Assembly: GCA_951406725.2 (NCBI GenBank)
Contig: OX597814.1
Location: 174,902,001 to 174,966,000 of the forward strand
From: Octopus vulgaris
Lineage: Eukaryota
Direction: 5' to 3'
DNA length: 64,000 nucleotides
Positions 1-11,059 of the stretch are shown in pieces. The notes beneath the pieces were generated by a model. The model had not been told where the DNA came from. It ran no database searches and saw only the letters and a program-made list of their open reading frames with translations. A program made the position numbers and the translations under genes. Within the stretch, counting starts at the first letter, position 1; every line of letters starts with the position of its first letter.

Positions 1-7
1 TTTTTAT

Positions 8-184
8 AGGTGCAGGAGTGGCTGTGTAGTAAGTAGCTTGCTTACCAACCACATGGTTCTGGGTTCAGTCCCACTGTGTGGCACCTTGAGCAAGAGTCTT
101 CTACTGTAGCCTCGGGCCAACCAAAGCCTTGTGAGTGGATTTGGTATATGGAAACTGAAAAGAAGCCTGTCGTATATATGTGTG

Positions 185-236
<52 letters not shown>

Positions 237-431
237 TTTGTCCCCCCAACATAGCTTAACAACCAATGCTGGTGTTTACGTCCTTGTAACTTAGTGGTTT
301 GGTAAAAGAGACAGATAGAATAAGTACTAGGCTTACAAAGAATAAGTCCTGGTGTTGATTTACTCGACTAAAGGTGATGCTCCAGCATGGCCACAGTCAA
401 ATGACTGAAACAAGTAAAAGAGTAAAGTAAA
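8..431 (+). mobile_element. tRNA-derived SINE (family A: head with CORE-like motif, internal (TA)n, AAAAGAGT-type tail)
   Basis: A/B-box-like head (TGGCTGTGTAGT...GGGTTCAGTCCC) and CACCTTG(G/A)GCAAG motif; near-identical inverted copy at 48625-49040; other copies at 10917-11035, 12600-12820, 15095-15250, 20588-20740, 44890-45262, 49115-49265 and 61360-61500. Confidence 0.8.
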
Positions 432-463
432 ATATTAGTCAATGAATTTTTTTCCTCACTAGG

Positions 464-847
464 GGAGGTATGGGTGTGTGGCTAAGAAGTTTGCTTTCTG
501 ATTCCACTATGTGACACCTTGGGCAAGTGTCTTCTATTGTTGCTCCAGGCTGACCAGATCTACTGTGAGTAGATTTAGTAGGAAGAATCTGAAAAGCTTG
601 TTGTATATGTGTTGCCCATGCTTAGGCATCACATGCTGGTTATAAATTAGTGTCGTTGTCATACAAACGAGTTGTTCATTTCCAGTCTCCCATGAAAAAC
701 ATGTCTAGCCATGGGGAAATATTACCTTGCTTGGAAACAAGTAAAGGTTGGTGACAGGAAGGCATTTGGCCATAGAAAATCTGCCTCAACAAATTCCATA
801 TAACCCTTGCAAGCATGGAAAAGTGGACGTTAAATGATGGTGGTGAT
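464..847 (+). mobile_element. SINE with family-A head and a different 3' module ending GCATGGAAAAGTGGACGTTAAATGATG
   Basis: Head aligns with 8-170; 3' module also at 15300-15493 and degraded at 61560-61750. Confidence 0.65.
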
Positions 848-979
848 ATTTCATGGAGGAATTAAAAAGTTAATTAGAAATAATTACACATGAAGAAAAA
901 TGATTTTAGTCAATAGCAAATATTTTTTTTTTCCTAATTAGTTTTTTAATGCTCTCAATTTTAACCCTTTAGCATTTTA

Positions 980-1432
980 ATTGGCCGGCATCTGTGCTAG
1001 TGGAGCACTAAGAGTACCATACGAGCGTGATCGTTGCCAGAGCAACAAGCTGGCCTCTGTGCCGGTGGCGCATAAAAAAGACCATTTGAATGTGATGGTC
1101 ATCTGCGTCGCCTTACTGGCACGTGAAAAAACACTCAAGCGAGGTCGTTGCCAGTGCCGCTGGACTGGCTCCTGTGCAGGTGGCACATGAAAAGCACCAT
1201 TTCAGCGTGGCTGTTGCCAGTACCACCTGACTGGCTCTCGTGCCGGTGGCATGTAAAAGCACCCACTACACTCTCGGAGTGGTTGGCTTTAGGAAGGGCA
1301 TCCAGCTGTAGAAACTCTGCCAGATCAGATTGGAGTCTGGTGTAGCCATCTGGTTTGCCAGACCTCAGTCAAATCATCCAACCAATGCTAGCATGGAAAG
1401 CGGACGTTAAACGATGATAATGATCATGATGA
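980..1432 (+). mobile_element. Repeat family B (retroposon 3' end or SINE with internal tandem subunits, (GAT)n tail), inserted into a piggyBac-like MITE
   Basis: Ends ...GCTAGCATGGAAAGCGGACGTTAAACGATGAT; many 5'-truncated copies in window; splits the MITE halves 960-979 and 1433-1620. Confidence 0.8.
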
Positions 1433-1689
1433 TATCAGACCCAAATATTCTACCTGTTTTATGTTCACACTGGCCAGATCTGGCCTTCTCACACCTACCC
1501 TACAATGTCATTTTAAAAATAAACAATCACATCATCAAAATCTTCAAGCTATGAGATAATATATGATTAATTCAGAACAATGTGAATAAATAAGCATTGT
1601 ATTTGATAAAAACACTAAACTATTGTTTGTCAAGGCAGGTGGCGTCTCAGTTATTTATGCTTCAAATAATGTTTTTTTACAACAACCAA

Positions 1690-2194
1690 TACCGTAAATC
1701 CTCGAGTATAACCCACCCTTGAGTATAATACGCAGGGGATTTTTAGGGTCTGTACCTCTGAAAAACCTAAACCTTGTGTATAATACACACCCTTCTCTAA
1801 CTTGAGTTGTACATAATTAAGCCAGCAGCATCTAGTCGAACAAACACTTCTGCGCATGCGAATTACAGTAATGGTGATGTTCTTAACTGTTATATGGGAA
1901 TGTAAATATGTTTGCAAATTGTTTTTGTTACACGTGTTCTGAATACTTTTATTTTAATAAATGTTGCTTACTGCAAGTTATGGATGATTCTTTTATGACT
2001 TCATTGCTTTCTGGCTTAGCTTAAGGTATTTTCGCGCCCGACATCACAAAATGCGTCTGAATAAACATTGCCGGACAGCAAATAGAGACTCAGATATTGC
2101 TTGGAAAATATTTCTCATTTTTAACCTTGCACTAGGTATTTTGACCTTTAAATTTTGGGGAAAGAATGCGGATTATACTTGAGGATTTACAGTA
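1690..2194. mobile_element. Tc1/mariner/pogo-type MITE
   Basis: Terminal inverted repeats TACCGTAAATCCTCGAGTATAA / TTATACTTGAGGATTTACAGTA with TA ends; no ORF. Confidence 0.7.
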
Positions 2195-2561
2195 TACAAT
2201 TTTATGCATTTTTCTTAATGATTCTTTCATCATTACATCAGCAAATGCAGTGAAGTCTTTGCTTTCGCAAAGAGGTAATAATAATGTATGGAGTTGTTTT
2301 ATGTACTTGCTTGAAATAATCGTTCATTCTTTTAAACACCATTTTTTCATGTTATCATGGCTTGGACAGGATTTGATGGATTTTAGAGTTGAATGCTCTT
2401 CCTGTCACCAATTCTTACCTGTTGTTCAATGAAGGGACTTCTTTTTTATATGCATGCATACCACACAGCCATGCAGTCAATTCACTTTACTCTTTGACAA
2501 AGAGAAAGAAACCCTTTGTTTCTCAAGAGTGTCAGTAAATCTATTTATTTATTTATTGCAG

Positions 2562-2624
2562 CTTCGTGCAACAAAAGCAGAATCTATGGTTTCAAAATTA
2601 AAACAAGATATGAAATTACTGCAG
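2562..2624 (+). CDS. ENTR1: ENTR1/SDCCAG3-like coiled-coil protein, antepenultimate coding exon (5' part of gene outside window)
   Basis: ttgcAG|...CAG|GTaatt; 63 nt, LRATKAESMVSKLKQDMKLLQ, similar to recalled vertebrate ENTR1 KRAVKAENHVVKLKQEISLLQ; phase 0 joins next exon. Confidence 0.8.
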
Positions 2625-2689
2625 GTAATTATTTTTTTTTTTTAACTTTCACATGTAAAAAGGAAAACGTTATTCTGGTTATTTATTAA

Positions 2690-3316
2690 AAAAAATGCTG
2701 ATCTCCAACTGTGGAGGGAACCTGTGGTAGAGGTATACCCAGGAAGACAAGTGATGAAGCATGATCTTTGAACTTTGAGCCTCACAGAGGCAATGACTAG
2801 TGACCAAGACCTTTGGCAATATGCTGTGCTTGAGAAGACATGTCAAGCCAGTTGAAATCGTAGTCGTGGCTGATGTTGGTGTCGCGTAACTGGCACCCAT
2901 GCTGGTGGCACATAAAGAGCACCCTTGGAGCATTGGACCTCATGGAGGCAAAGTGGCTGAGTTCCTTTTGAGTGTTGGGTCTCACAGAGGCAAAGTGGCT
3001 GAGTTCTTTTGGAGCGTTGGGCCTCACAAAGGCAAAGTGGCTGCGTTCCTTTTGAGTGTTGGGCATCACAGAGGCAATGACCAAGACCGTTGGCTTGAGA
3101 AGACCTATCAAGCTGAGCAAAATCGCAGTCATGGCAAATACCAGTGGCACATAAAAGCACCCATTACACTCTCAGGGTGGTTGGCGTTAGGAAGGCCATC
3201 CAGCCGTAAAATAACCTTGCCAAATCAGACTGTAGTCTGGTGCAACCTTCTAGCTTACCAGCCCTGGTCAAACTATCCAACCCATGCCAGCATGAACAAC
3301 AGACGTTAAATGATGA
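2690..3316 (+). mobile_element. Family-B variant with 42-bp tandem array (2941-3076)
   Basis: Three full units plus a partial unit of CACAGAGGCAAAGTGGCTGAGTTCCTTTTGAGTGTTGGGCCT-like sequence; family-B 3' end; related copies at 21460-21826 (+) and 40575-40975 (-). Confidence 0.7.
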
Positions 3317-3490
3317 CATATATATATATCTTTGTCTTTTTTATATATGTATTAATTTTCTATATATGCAGATTACTTTTTTTTTTTTTTTTTTTGTCTG
3401 TAGACTTAGACCTTTCAGCTTTTGTCTGAAGATAACAGTTTATGTGACAGTGACAGTTTTCTAATTTACCATTTTTCTGTTATTAACTAG

Positions 3491-3627
3491 AAACAAATAC
3501 AAACGCTTCAGAAAGAAAATGAAATATTACAATCTGGAGATTTAGGTACAGCATATCTAAAACAGAAAACATTTTCTGCCTCTGAGCAATTAGCAACAGT
3601 TGCAGCTTCTGCTGAACAGTCATTAAG
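3491..3627 (+). CDS. ENTR1: ENTR1/SDCCAG3-like, penultimate coding exon
   Basis: ctAG|...AG|GTgagt; 137 nt, KQIQTLQKENEILQSGDLGTAYLKQKTFSASEQLATVAASAEQSL(R), similar to ENTR1 AQVSNFQRENEALRCG...NSAQASIK. Confidence 0.82.
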
Positions 3628-4849
3628 GTGAGTTCAATGTATTTATATAACGTCTTGACTTTGACCCGAGATTAAATGAAACTGTTTTTAGATGAAGGGA
3701 CACTTTTAGTTTATGTGCTCAAATTCAACTGTGTTAGTAATGATGCACCTTTATAATTGAAAGCATTCAACTATTTATGTCAATCTATTTAATTCTCTCA
3801 GACTTGGGTCCATTGTCTAACTTTACCTTTCACCTGGGCTCCTGAGCCAAGCAATAAATAGTTGCATATACAGCTCAAGAGTAATGATTGCAGGCAAACT
3901 AATGGAAGAATCATATAAAAATCCAGGAGAATAACAATAATATGCCTTTCGCTTAACTACTGTATTTGTTAGGCAAACTAATGGACAGAACCAAAAGAAA
4001 AAAAAAAATAGAATTCAGAGGGATAACAATAATATTTTTGTTCACTTGAATTGCTACTTTCCTCACCACTTTCATCAAGTTGATTCTCTTAATCACTATT
4101 ATTGCTGACGTAGGTGTAAACTCCTCGTCCAAAGAATATCTTCAGTAATTTCCTCAACAGCAATGAGTCTAGGCTTTATTCATTTACAATACAAAGTGCT
4201 GGATTCATCACAAACACATTTCATTACAAAACTAACTTTGTTTTTCGATTAAAAACAAAAGTAAAAAGCTATGGGGAACATCATTAACAGTCATAAACAC
4301 ACTTGACTACAAAGCTGCAATGTGATCACTTGTCTAATTTTGGTATTTTATCTTCTTTTTCTGGGTGTTGTTCATAATTGCTTTAGTGCGAATCCATGAC
4401 AGATGACATTTAAGTGGTTCCCACTATAGCAGGGATACAGCTTGACAAGGTTAATTTAAAGAGGATTGTTGCACCCAAACAGTGTAAAAGACACAACCTG
4501 TTCCAGACAGTTCCTTTACAGTGGTGTTTCAACATGTTATTAGCCTATTCTCCTGTCCCAGACGCTTGGGATTTGACCTGCTCTGTTGCTGCTGAATTTG
4601 TTGTGAGGTTTATCTTACAAGTGTTAAACTTCAGCCTTGCTGTACCGACACCAAGTGGTTACCAATTTACCAACGGGCCCTTCTTTTTGTAAATAAGAAA
4701 ATAAAGAGTCATATTTTTTAAGGTTGCTTACTTGTTCCTGACTGGTAGTTTCTGGAAACAAAGAAGGAAATTGTGTTGCACCCAAACAGTGTAAAAGACA
4801 TAACCTGTTCCAGACAGTTCCTTTACAGGATATTACACCTCCATGGTAT

Positions 4850-5040
4850 CATCAATACCAGCAATATTGAGGGAAGGGATAAGTTGATTACATCAATCCC
4901 AGTACTTGGCTAGTATTTTATTTTATTGATCCCAGAGAGAAGAAAAGCAAAGTTGATCTTGGCAGGATTGGAACTCAGAGCATAATGAAGAAATGTAGCT
5001 AAGCGTTTCATTCAACACTACTAATTCTGCCACTTGCCTC
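4850..5040 (-). mobile_element. Degenerate SINE family D copy
   Basis: Reverse-complement similarity to 33912-34136; further copies at 16940-17152, 50170-50530 and 57610-57730. Confidence 0.55.
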
Positions 5041-5240
5041 CTGTCTCATTATGACCATGATATTAATGCAAAAACTTGTAGTTTTTGATATTTATGACTA
5101 TTTTAAAAAATGTAGTTTGAGAAATTGTAAAATGAACAAAGTTAATTAAAATAATTACATTTTTTAGTATTCATAAAAAAAACTACCTTAAGCTTTTTTT
5201 GGATGTAACTAACATGAACTTCTTTCATTTCATTTACTAG

Positions 5241-5349
5241 ACAATTGCTGAGTGGTGTTGATTCTTTGAGAATGCTATCGGCTGTTTTAGCCTCAGCAGA
5301 TAAAGTTCAAGAAGAAAGTTGTGATAACAACCAGAAAGGGAACAGTTGA
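5241..5349 (+). CDS. ENTR1: ENTR1/SDCCAG3-like, last coding exon (stop TGA 5347-5349)
   Basis: tttactAG| acceptor, phase-2 compatible; (R)QLLSGVDSLRMLSAVLASADKVQEESCDNNQKGNS*, similar to ENTR1 C-terminus QLVSGAETLNLVAEILKSIDRISE. Confidence 0.82.
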
Positions 5350-5862
5350 AAGAGATGTATGTAAATATAAGCAAAGAAAGACTTTTGCCACGAGTTGTTC
5401 TCACAACAAACTGGTTTCCCCTTCTAAGGTTTATTTTACAAAGGAAATTATGAAAAAAAACTACTTTCAAAATCATTTGAATATAGTTTGGAAGAAAGAT
5501 TAAAAAAAAAAAAGGACAAGCTATTGTATAAAGAAAGAAAAAGAATGCAATAACTGATAGGCTGTGAGGATCATGTCTCTGATTGACTGATAATATATGC
5601 TTAAGGGATTTGTCCAAACGTTTTTGTAATTCCATCCTGTCAAAGTGATTCATTTCATTTTTTTTTTTTTTACACCCCTGCCTTTTTATTTTTTGTTAAA
5701 TTATTACCAACTGTATGAATTATACCACAAACGTATATTTTCTCTTTTATTACATAACTATTGTACCTTATTTTGTTCTTTGTTGTCTTTTGTTTAAACT
5801 ACTGTCGTTAAGGAGCTGTTATCACTTAGTATGCAGCAAGATACCAAAATATTCTATAAAAG

Positions 5863-5986
5863 AAAATTAACAAGGAATTACTATAGATTACTGATGTTAT
5901 TTTTTAGGTCCTTGAATTAACAAAATTAACAAAGAATTACTATAGATTACTGAAGTTATTTCTTAGGTCCTTGAATTAACAAAATT
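5863..5986. repeat. Tandem duplication, two ~59-bp units
   Basis: AAAATTAACAAGGAATTACTATAGATTACTGATGTTATTTTTTAGGTCCTTGAATTAAC repeated with about 3 mismatches. Confidence 0.9.
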
Positions 5987-6361
5987 ATATTACAGTATTT
6001 AATAAAATGAACTCCATAAGAAAGTATATTTATTAGTAGAAAAATAAGCCATTTCTTCCTGCTTTTGCTGTTGCAACTATGAACAGGTATCTGCCTTCTA
6101 TACCAAGTATTATTTTCTCCTTGCTATATTCTTCAAATATCTCTAAATTGTCAAGCTAATAAAGAAGCCTCTACAGGTTGATCACCCTACTAGAAATACC
6201 AGCCAAATTTCCTTAAATCACACCCTACCATTCTTAAAACATAAAAGACATATTTGTATATATAGAGATAGATCTTTGTCTTCAATCATTTCAGATGTTA
6301 AAGAAAAAAAGCATCAAAAACAAACACAGATTTTTATTTCTGTACTAGTGTTAATTATTGT

Positions 6362-6487
6362 TTATATAAAATGTCCTTTTATAATTTTTTTAATTATCTT
6401 AGACCATACTGAGTGCACATTATTCAGGTTGGTTCTTTGCTTCTCACTCAAAATTGTAAAGACCTGGCTGAATGTAAATTGGGAAAC
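6362..6487 (-). CDS. PIGQ: PIGQ (GPI-GlcNAc transferase subunit Q/GPI1), coding exon 10 (last; stop TAA)
   Basis: ttttctttttcAG| acceptor, phase 0; VSQFTFSQVFTILSEKQRTNLNNVHSVWSKIIKKIIKGHFI*, resembling the PIGQ C-terminus (HSWGALCRKLFLGELI). Confidence 0.75.
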   Translation of the reverse strand, partial: VSQFTFSQVFTILSEKQRTNLNNVHSVWSKIIKKIIKGHFI

Positions 6488-6666
6488 CTGAAAAAGAAAA
6501 TTTTATTTTATAGCATAATGCTGGCACTAGAAACAGGTTTTTGTTTAGAATACTGTTTAACACCTTTTCATTTCTAAAATATACTGCTTAATTTCAGTGG
6601 TGTACTTGCCAGGCAAGTGATTTGATCTGAACATGTTGAAACTAAAATAATTCAAAAACACACAGA

Positions 6667-6793
6667 CTGTTAACTTCACTTAGGCATGTATTATTGAGTC
6701 AAAATTTGTCACACCAACACCTGGTCATTAATGCAATTCCACTGCACCTCTGGTTTTGTCACCAAATAATAATTGTCTAAGTGAAGTTAACAG
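6667..6793. mobile_element. Small MITE-like inverted repeat
   Basis: CTGTTAACTTCACTTAG ... CTAAGTGAAGTTAACAG terminal inverted repeats. Confidence 0.6.
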
Positions 6794-7649
6794 CCTTTGT
6801 TTTATTTTTTAATGATTAACATGTCTTTTACACTATAATTACTACACTGCTTAAGTTTCACTTAATTTAGAAAATAATCAAACATCTAAATTTAGAATTA
6901 TTTTTATCAAAAAAATTAAGAGACAATCAATCAAAAATAGAATAAGATGAAAAAAGCTCATTTACAAGTTTAATCATATTCCTGATAATTAACTGAAACA
7001 TTTACTATATATTCTTTGGTAGAGTAGTTTGGTTCAAACTAGTTCCCAAGCTTTACAACTCTGTTGCAAATTATTTTCTACACTTAAGCTTTGTTGTCTT
7101 TTAAAGAAAAATATTAACCTACAAAATATAACAGTGTTATACTGGGAATTTTTTCAATCCATGATAAAAGAAGCAAGCTTCTAGGGAAGGGTATTTAATG
7201 TTTGAAACAAAAGGCTAATTTATTCTCTGAACATCTTTTTTCTTAGCTAAGGATAATATGACTGCCAACCACAAATACTGCTTCTTGAAATTTACTTGGC
7301 CATAGAATTACAAAGAATGTTGTGGTGGTCACTCAACATGTAAATATAAAAAATGCCTTTCGTAGTACAAATTCAATCAACAGCTTTACTTATTTGCTTA
7401 ATGTGTGTTTTTCCATGTTAGCACAAGTTGGACAAATCAGTAAAAGCAGTATTTTATAGTCAGATACTCTTCCTGTCACTAACACTTACCTGTTTTTCAA
7501 ATGGATTTTTAAAATATTTTCTTTTGAAAGCATAGCTGCAGGACAATTTATTAGCAGAAAAAGTCAATGAACATCACCATTTTCACTCAATGCTTTTCAT
7601 ACAAGGAATATGATCAAACACACATGCATGCTTATATATATATGCAAAG

Positions 7650-8133
7650 ACCAGTTGAGGCAAGTGAAATCGAAGTCGAAATCAAATTTGGTGACTGGCA
7701 TCCTTTGCTAGTGGAGCGCTAAGAGTACCATACGAGTGAGATCGTTGCCAGAGCAACAACCTGGCCTCCATGCCGATGGCACGTTGAGCACACCATTCAA
7801 GTGTGATCGTTACTGCGTCGCCTTACTAGCACTTGTGCTGGTGGCATGTGAAATATTCGAGCAAGGTCATTGCCTGTGCCACTGGACTGGCTCCTGTGCA
7901 GGTGGCACGTAAAAAAAGCACCATTTGGGTGTGGCCGTTGCCAGTACCACCAAACTGGCACGTAAAAGCACCCACTACACTCTTGGAGTGGTTGGCATTA
8001 GGAAGTGCATCCAGCTGTAGAAACTCTGCCAGATCAGGTTGGAGTCTGGTGCAGACATCTGGTTCGCCAGACCTCAGTCAAATTGTCCAACCCATGCTAG
8101 CATGGAAAGTGGACGTTAAATGATGATGATGAT
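7650..8133 (+). mobile_element. Repeat family B copy
   Basis: Aligns with 980-1432 and 59500-59998; (GAT)n tail. Confidence 0.8.
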
Positions 8134-8191
8134 ATATATATTTGCTAATCGCAACAAAAGCAGTATTAACTCAAAATAGCATTCTGTATAT

Positions 8192-8702
8192 CTTACTTAA
8201 CTTGGATATACTGTAGAAAGCCAGAAATTGCAGTATTTGTCTTGAGAAAGAATCTCATGTAGATGTATGGTGCTAAACAGCACGGAAGTATATCAGTAAG
8301 CAGACACAAAGTGTCTAGCAGTGATGATGAAATTGCTAAATCTAGATTTCTTCCTCCTTGAGCATTATCGGTAGCAAATATCAACCACATACTTCAACAA
8401 TTTTAGCCTCTGCTGATAAAAAAACTGACTGACAAACCACTGGTGTAGCAAATAGACAGCAAGCTGGGTAAAAATTTGCTATATTTGTGATGTTAGTAAT
8501 TTGTTCATCACTTTTTCTATATCAATTTACTGGCTAATGATACTCAAAGAGGCAGAAATCTAGATTTAGCACTTCCACTGTTGCTGGACACTTTTTATCG
8601 GCTACTGATTATGCTTGTGCTTTTCAGCACTATATGTCTAGATGAGATGCTTTCTTGAAACAAATACCACAATTTTCTGGCTTATATATCCAGATTAAGT
8701 AG
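8192..8702. mobile_element. Foldback/MITE-like element with long (~190 bp) imperfect inverted arms
   Basis: CTTACTTAACTTGGATATA...GCTAAATCTAGATTTC on the left vs GAAATCTAGATTTAGC...TATATCCAGATTAAGTAGG on the right. Confidence 0.7.
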
Positions 8703-8966
8703 GTCGTTGCCAGTACCGCTGGACTGGCTCCTGTGCAGGTGGCACATAAAAAGCACCATTTGAGCATGGCCATTGCCAGTACCACCTGAGTGGCACGTAA
8801 AAGCACCTACTACACTCTCAGAGTGGTTGGTGTTAGGAAGGGCATCCAGCTGTAGAAACTCTGCCAGATCAGATTGGAGTCTGGTGCAGACATCTGGTTC
8901 GCCAGACCTCAGTCAAATTGTCCAACCCATGCTAGCATGGAAAGTGGACGTTAAACGATGATGATG
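8701..8966 (+). mobile_element. Repeat family B copy (5'-truncated)
   Basis: Near-identical to 7870-8133. Confidence 0.8.
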
Positions 8967-9549
8967 TATGTATTATATATATCAATACAATGGCTTCTAC
9001 ACAATTTCCATCTACCAATTTCACTACATGGCATTGGCTGGCCCAAGAACAAGTTAGTAACAAAACAAACCCTATATCCACACGTTCTGCCTGTGTCATC
9101 AACAAGCATCATTCATTCATTTTATGGTTGTTTTTCCATGCTAAAATGGGTTGTTGGAATATTAAAATTACCTTTTGATTTTTAAAACATCTATTACTAT
9201 TGAAATTACTAGTAAAGCTTTCAGTGAATTTCCTAATGAAATTGACCAATATAAATTTAGTAAGAAAATACTTAAATTGAAATCTCAACTGAAACACATA
9301 TCTTTCTTCAAATTCAAATTACGATGAACGTAAACAAACAAATGAAGTTTGCTTCAGAAGCGTTCAGATGTCTTAGAAAGTTAAAGAAATGTTTTAAATT
9401 CTCAAACGCAGGATGATGCTAATAATATAGCCTGAACAGGATAAGCTACCCCTAATTTGCAGAAAAAAGTGTTGGCAGCCGGAATAGAAAAGCACATGTG
9501 GAATATAATATACATAGTTCTGATATACTATGTTTAGATAATTTCTTAC

Positions 9550-9617
9550 CTGCATTGCTAAAATCAGTGTACCGCCTGGTGCTTTCTCCCAAGAATGCAC
9601 ACGGAATATCACATGGC
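9550..9617 (-). CDS. PIGQ: PIGQ coding exon 9
   Basis: tttttaAG|...CAG|GTaaga; 68 nt, (G)HVIFRVHSWEKAPGGTLILAMQ; phases 1/0 consistent. Confidence 0.82.
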
Positions 9618-10177
9618 CTTAAAAATAAAATAAAATATCTTTTCAACATAAAACACAGACAATGAAGAAACTAATTGTTGTTAATCAAGACAGATAATAT
9701 CAACTGTAGAAAGAAGCTGTCAATCAAAAAGGATGGTATAGACTATTAGAAATTAATCTAGTATAAACAAAACAAAAAATAATTAGAACTACTACTTGGA
9801 AATCAAATAATTAACATTGTCATATCACAAAAGACTATGTTTCAGGATTCGCTTGTGGATTTCATAGACAGAAATTGAAAGAAACCTTTTACTTGTTTCA
9901 GTCATTTGAAACAAGTAAAAGGTTTCATGTTAGTCTCTTGGTCTAAGGGTAGACAGTTCATATCTATTACAGAGTTTAAGCTGTATCCACTGAGAAGTAG
10001 ATGTGCATCATATCATGATACAACTTAACACTGTATGATTAGCTTACACTGCTGACTTCAAATACTGATATAGTTATATTTTGGATAGTAAATGGAACAT
10101 TTCATAAGTACCACCACTGTCTAATAGAAAAAGAAACACACACACCATTAGTTATTTTTATTATTAGCATTGAATTT

Positions 10178-10415
10178 ACGTGCAGGTGGAACGTAAAAAA
10201 ACACCATTTTCGAGCATGGCCATTGCCAGTACCACCTAACTGGCCCTCATGCTGGTGGCACGTTAAAGCATCCACTACACTCGGAGTGGTTGGCATTAGG
10301 AAGGGCATGGCGCCTGGCACAGCCATCTGGTTTGCCAGTCCTCAGTCAAATCATCCAACCCGTCCGCTTTCCATGCTAGCATGGAAAGCGGACGTTATAC
10401 GATGATGACGATGAT
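10178..10415 (+). mobile_element. Repeat family B copy (rearranged 3' end)
   Basis: Family-B subunits and CCATGCTAGCATGGAAAGCGGACGTT tail. Confidence 0.75.
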
Positions 10416-10732
10416 TGAATTTATTTGTGTGACATACTTAATATCTGTTAATTTGCCTCCAGGCTTTGCTTTAAGCTAGGCCTAAAAATAGATAGTTTCT
10501 CTCTACAGGAAAATAAAGAAACTGAACATAAAAGAATATCAACAAATGAGGGACCATTTATATCATTGCTCAGTCTGCTATGGACATGTCGGATAGTTTA
10601 GTTTTCAATGCAATATATTGTCTAGAAAAAAAAAAAAAGATGGTCATGACTGAAATTCCTTTGATCACAGTTCTAGTGGATCAGAGCTTACCTAGGGTTG
10701 AAGAAAAACTGAAGTGAATAAAAATAACATAC

Positions 10733-10847
10733 CTGCAACGGATTTTGCTCTTATGAGCCACTGCATCATTGAATAAATAGGTACATTTATAACCCAGTCT
10801 GTAATTGATGTGACAAAAGTATGGAATAGAAGAATAACTAGATGGAG
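10733..10847 (-). CDS. PIGQ: PIGQ coding exon 8
   Basis: ttcttcAG|...G|GTatgt; 115 nt, LHLVILLFHTFVTSITDWVINVPIYSMMQWLIRAKSVA(G). Confidence 0.85.
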
Positions 10848-11059
10848 CTGAAGAATAAAAAATTTATGAGACAGTCTTAGAGATTTAATAAAACAAAGGA
10901 TATACATTTTTTTTTAGGCATGGTTGTGTGGTTAAGAATATAGCTTCCCAACTTCATGGTTTTAGATTCAATTACACTGTGTAGCACCTTGGGCAAATGT
11001 CTGACAACAGCCCTAAGCCAACCAAGCCTTGGAAGTGCAGTCAGCTTGTTTGCTTCGCT

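Noticed and set aside
4-294. ORFs with YIYIYI runs
   Set aside because: (TA)n microsatellite within a SINE
2797-3309. Overlapping 105-136 aa ORFs with 14-aa repeats
   Set aside because: Translation of the 42-bp tandem array inside a family-B variant; no splice or homology support
5237-5653. 138-aa minus-strand ORF
   Set aside because: Antisense to the ENTR1 last exon and UTR; low-complexity, F/L-rich from poly-A tracts
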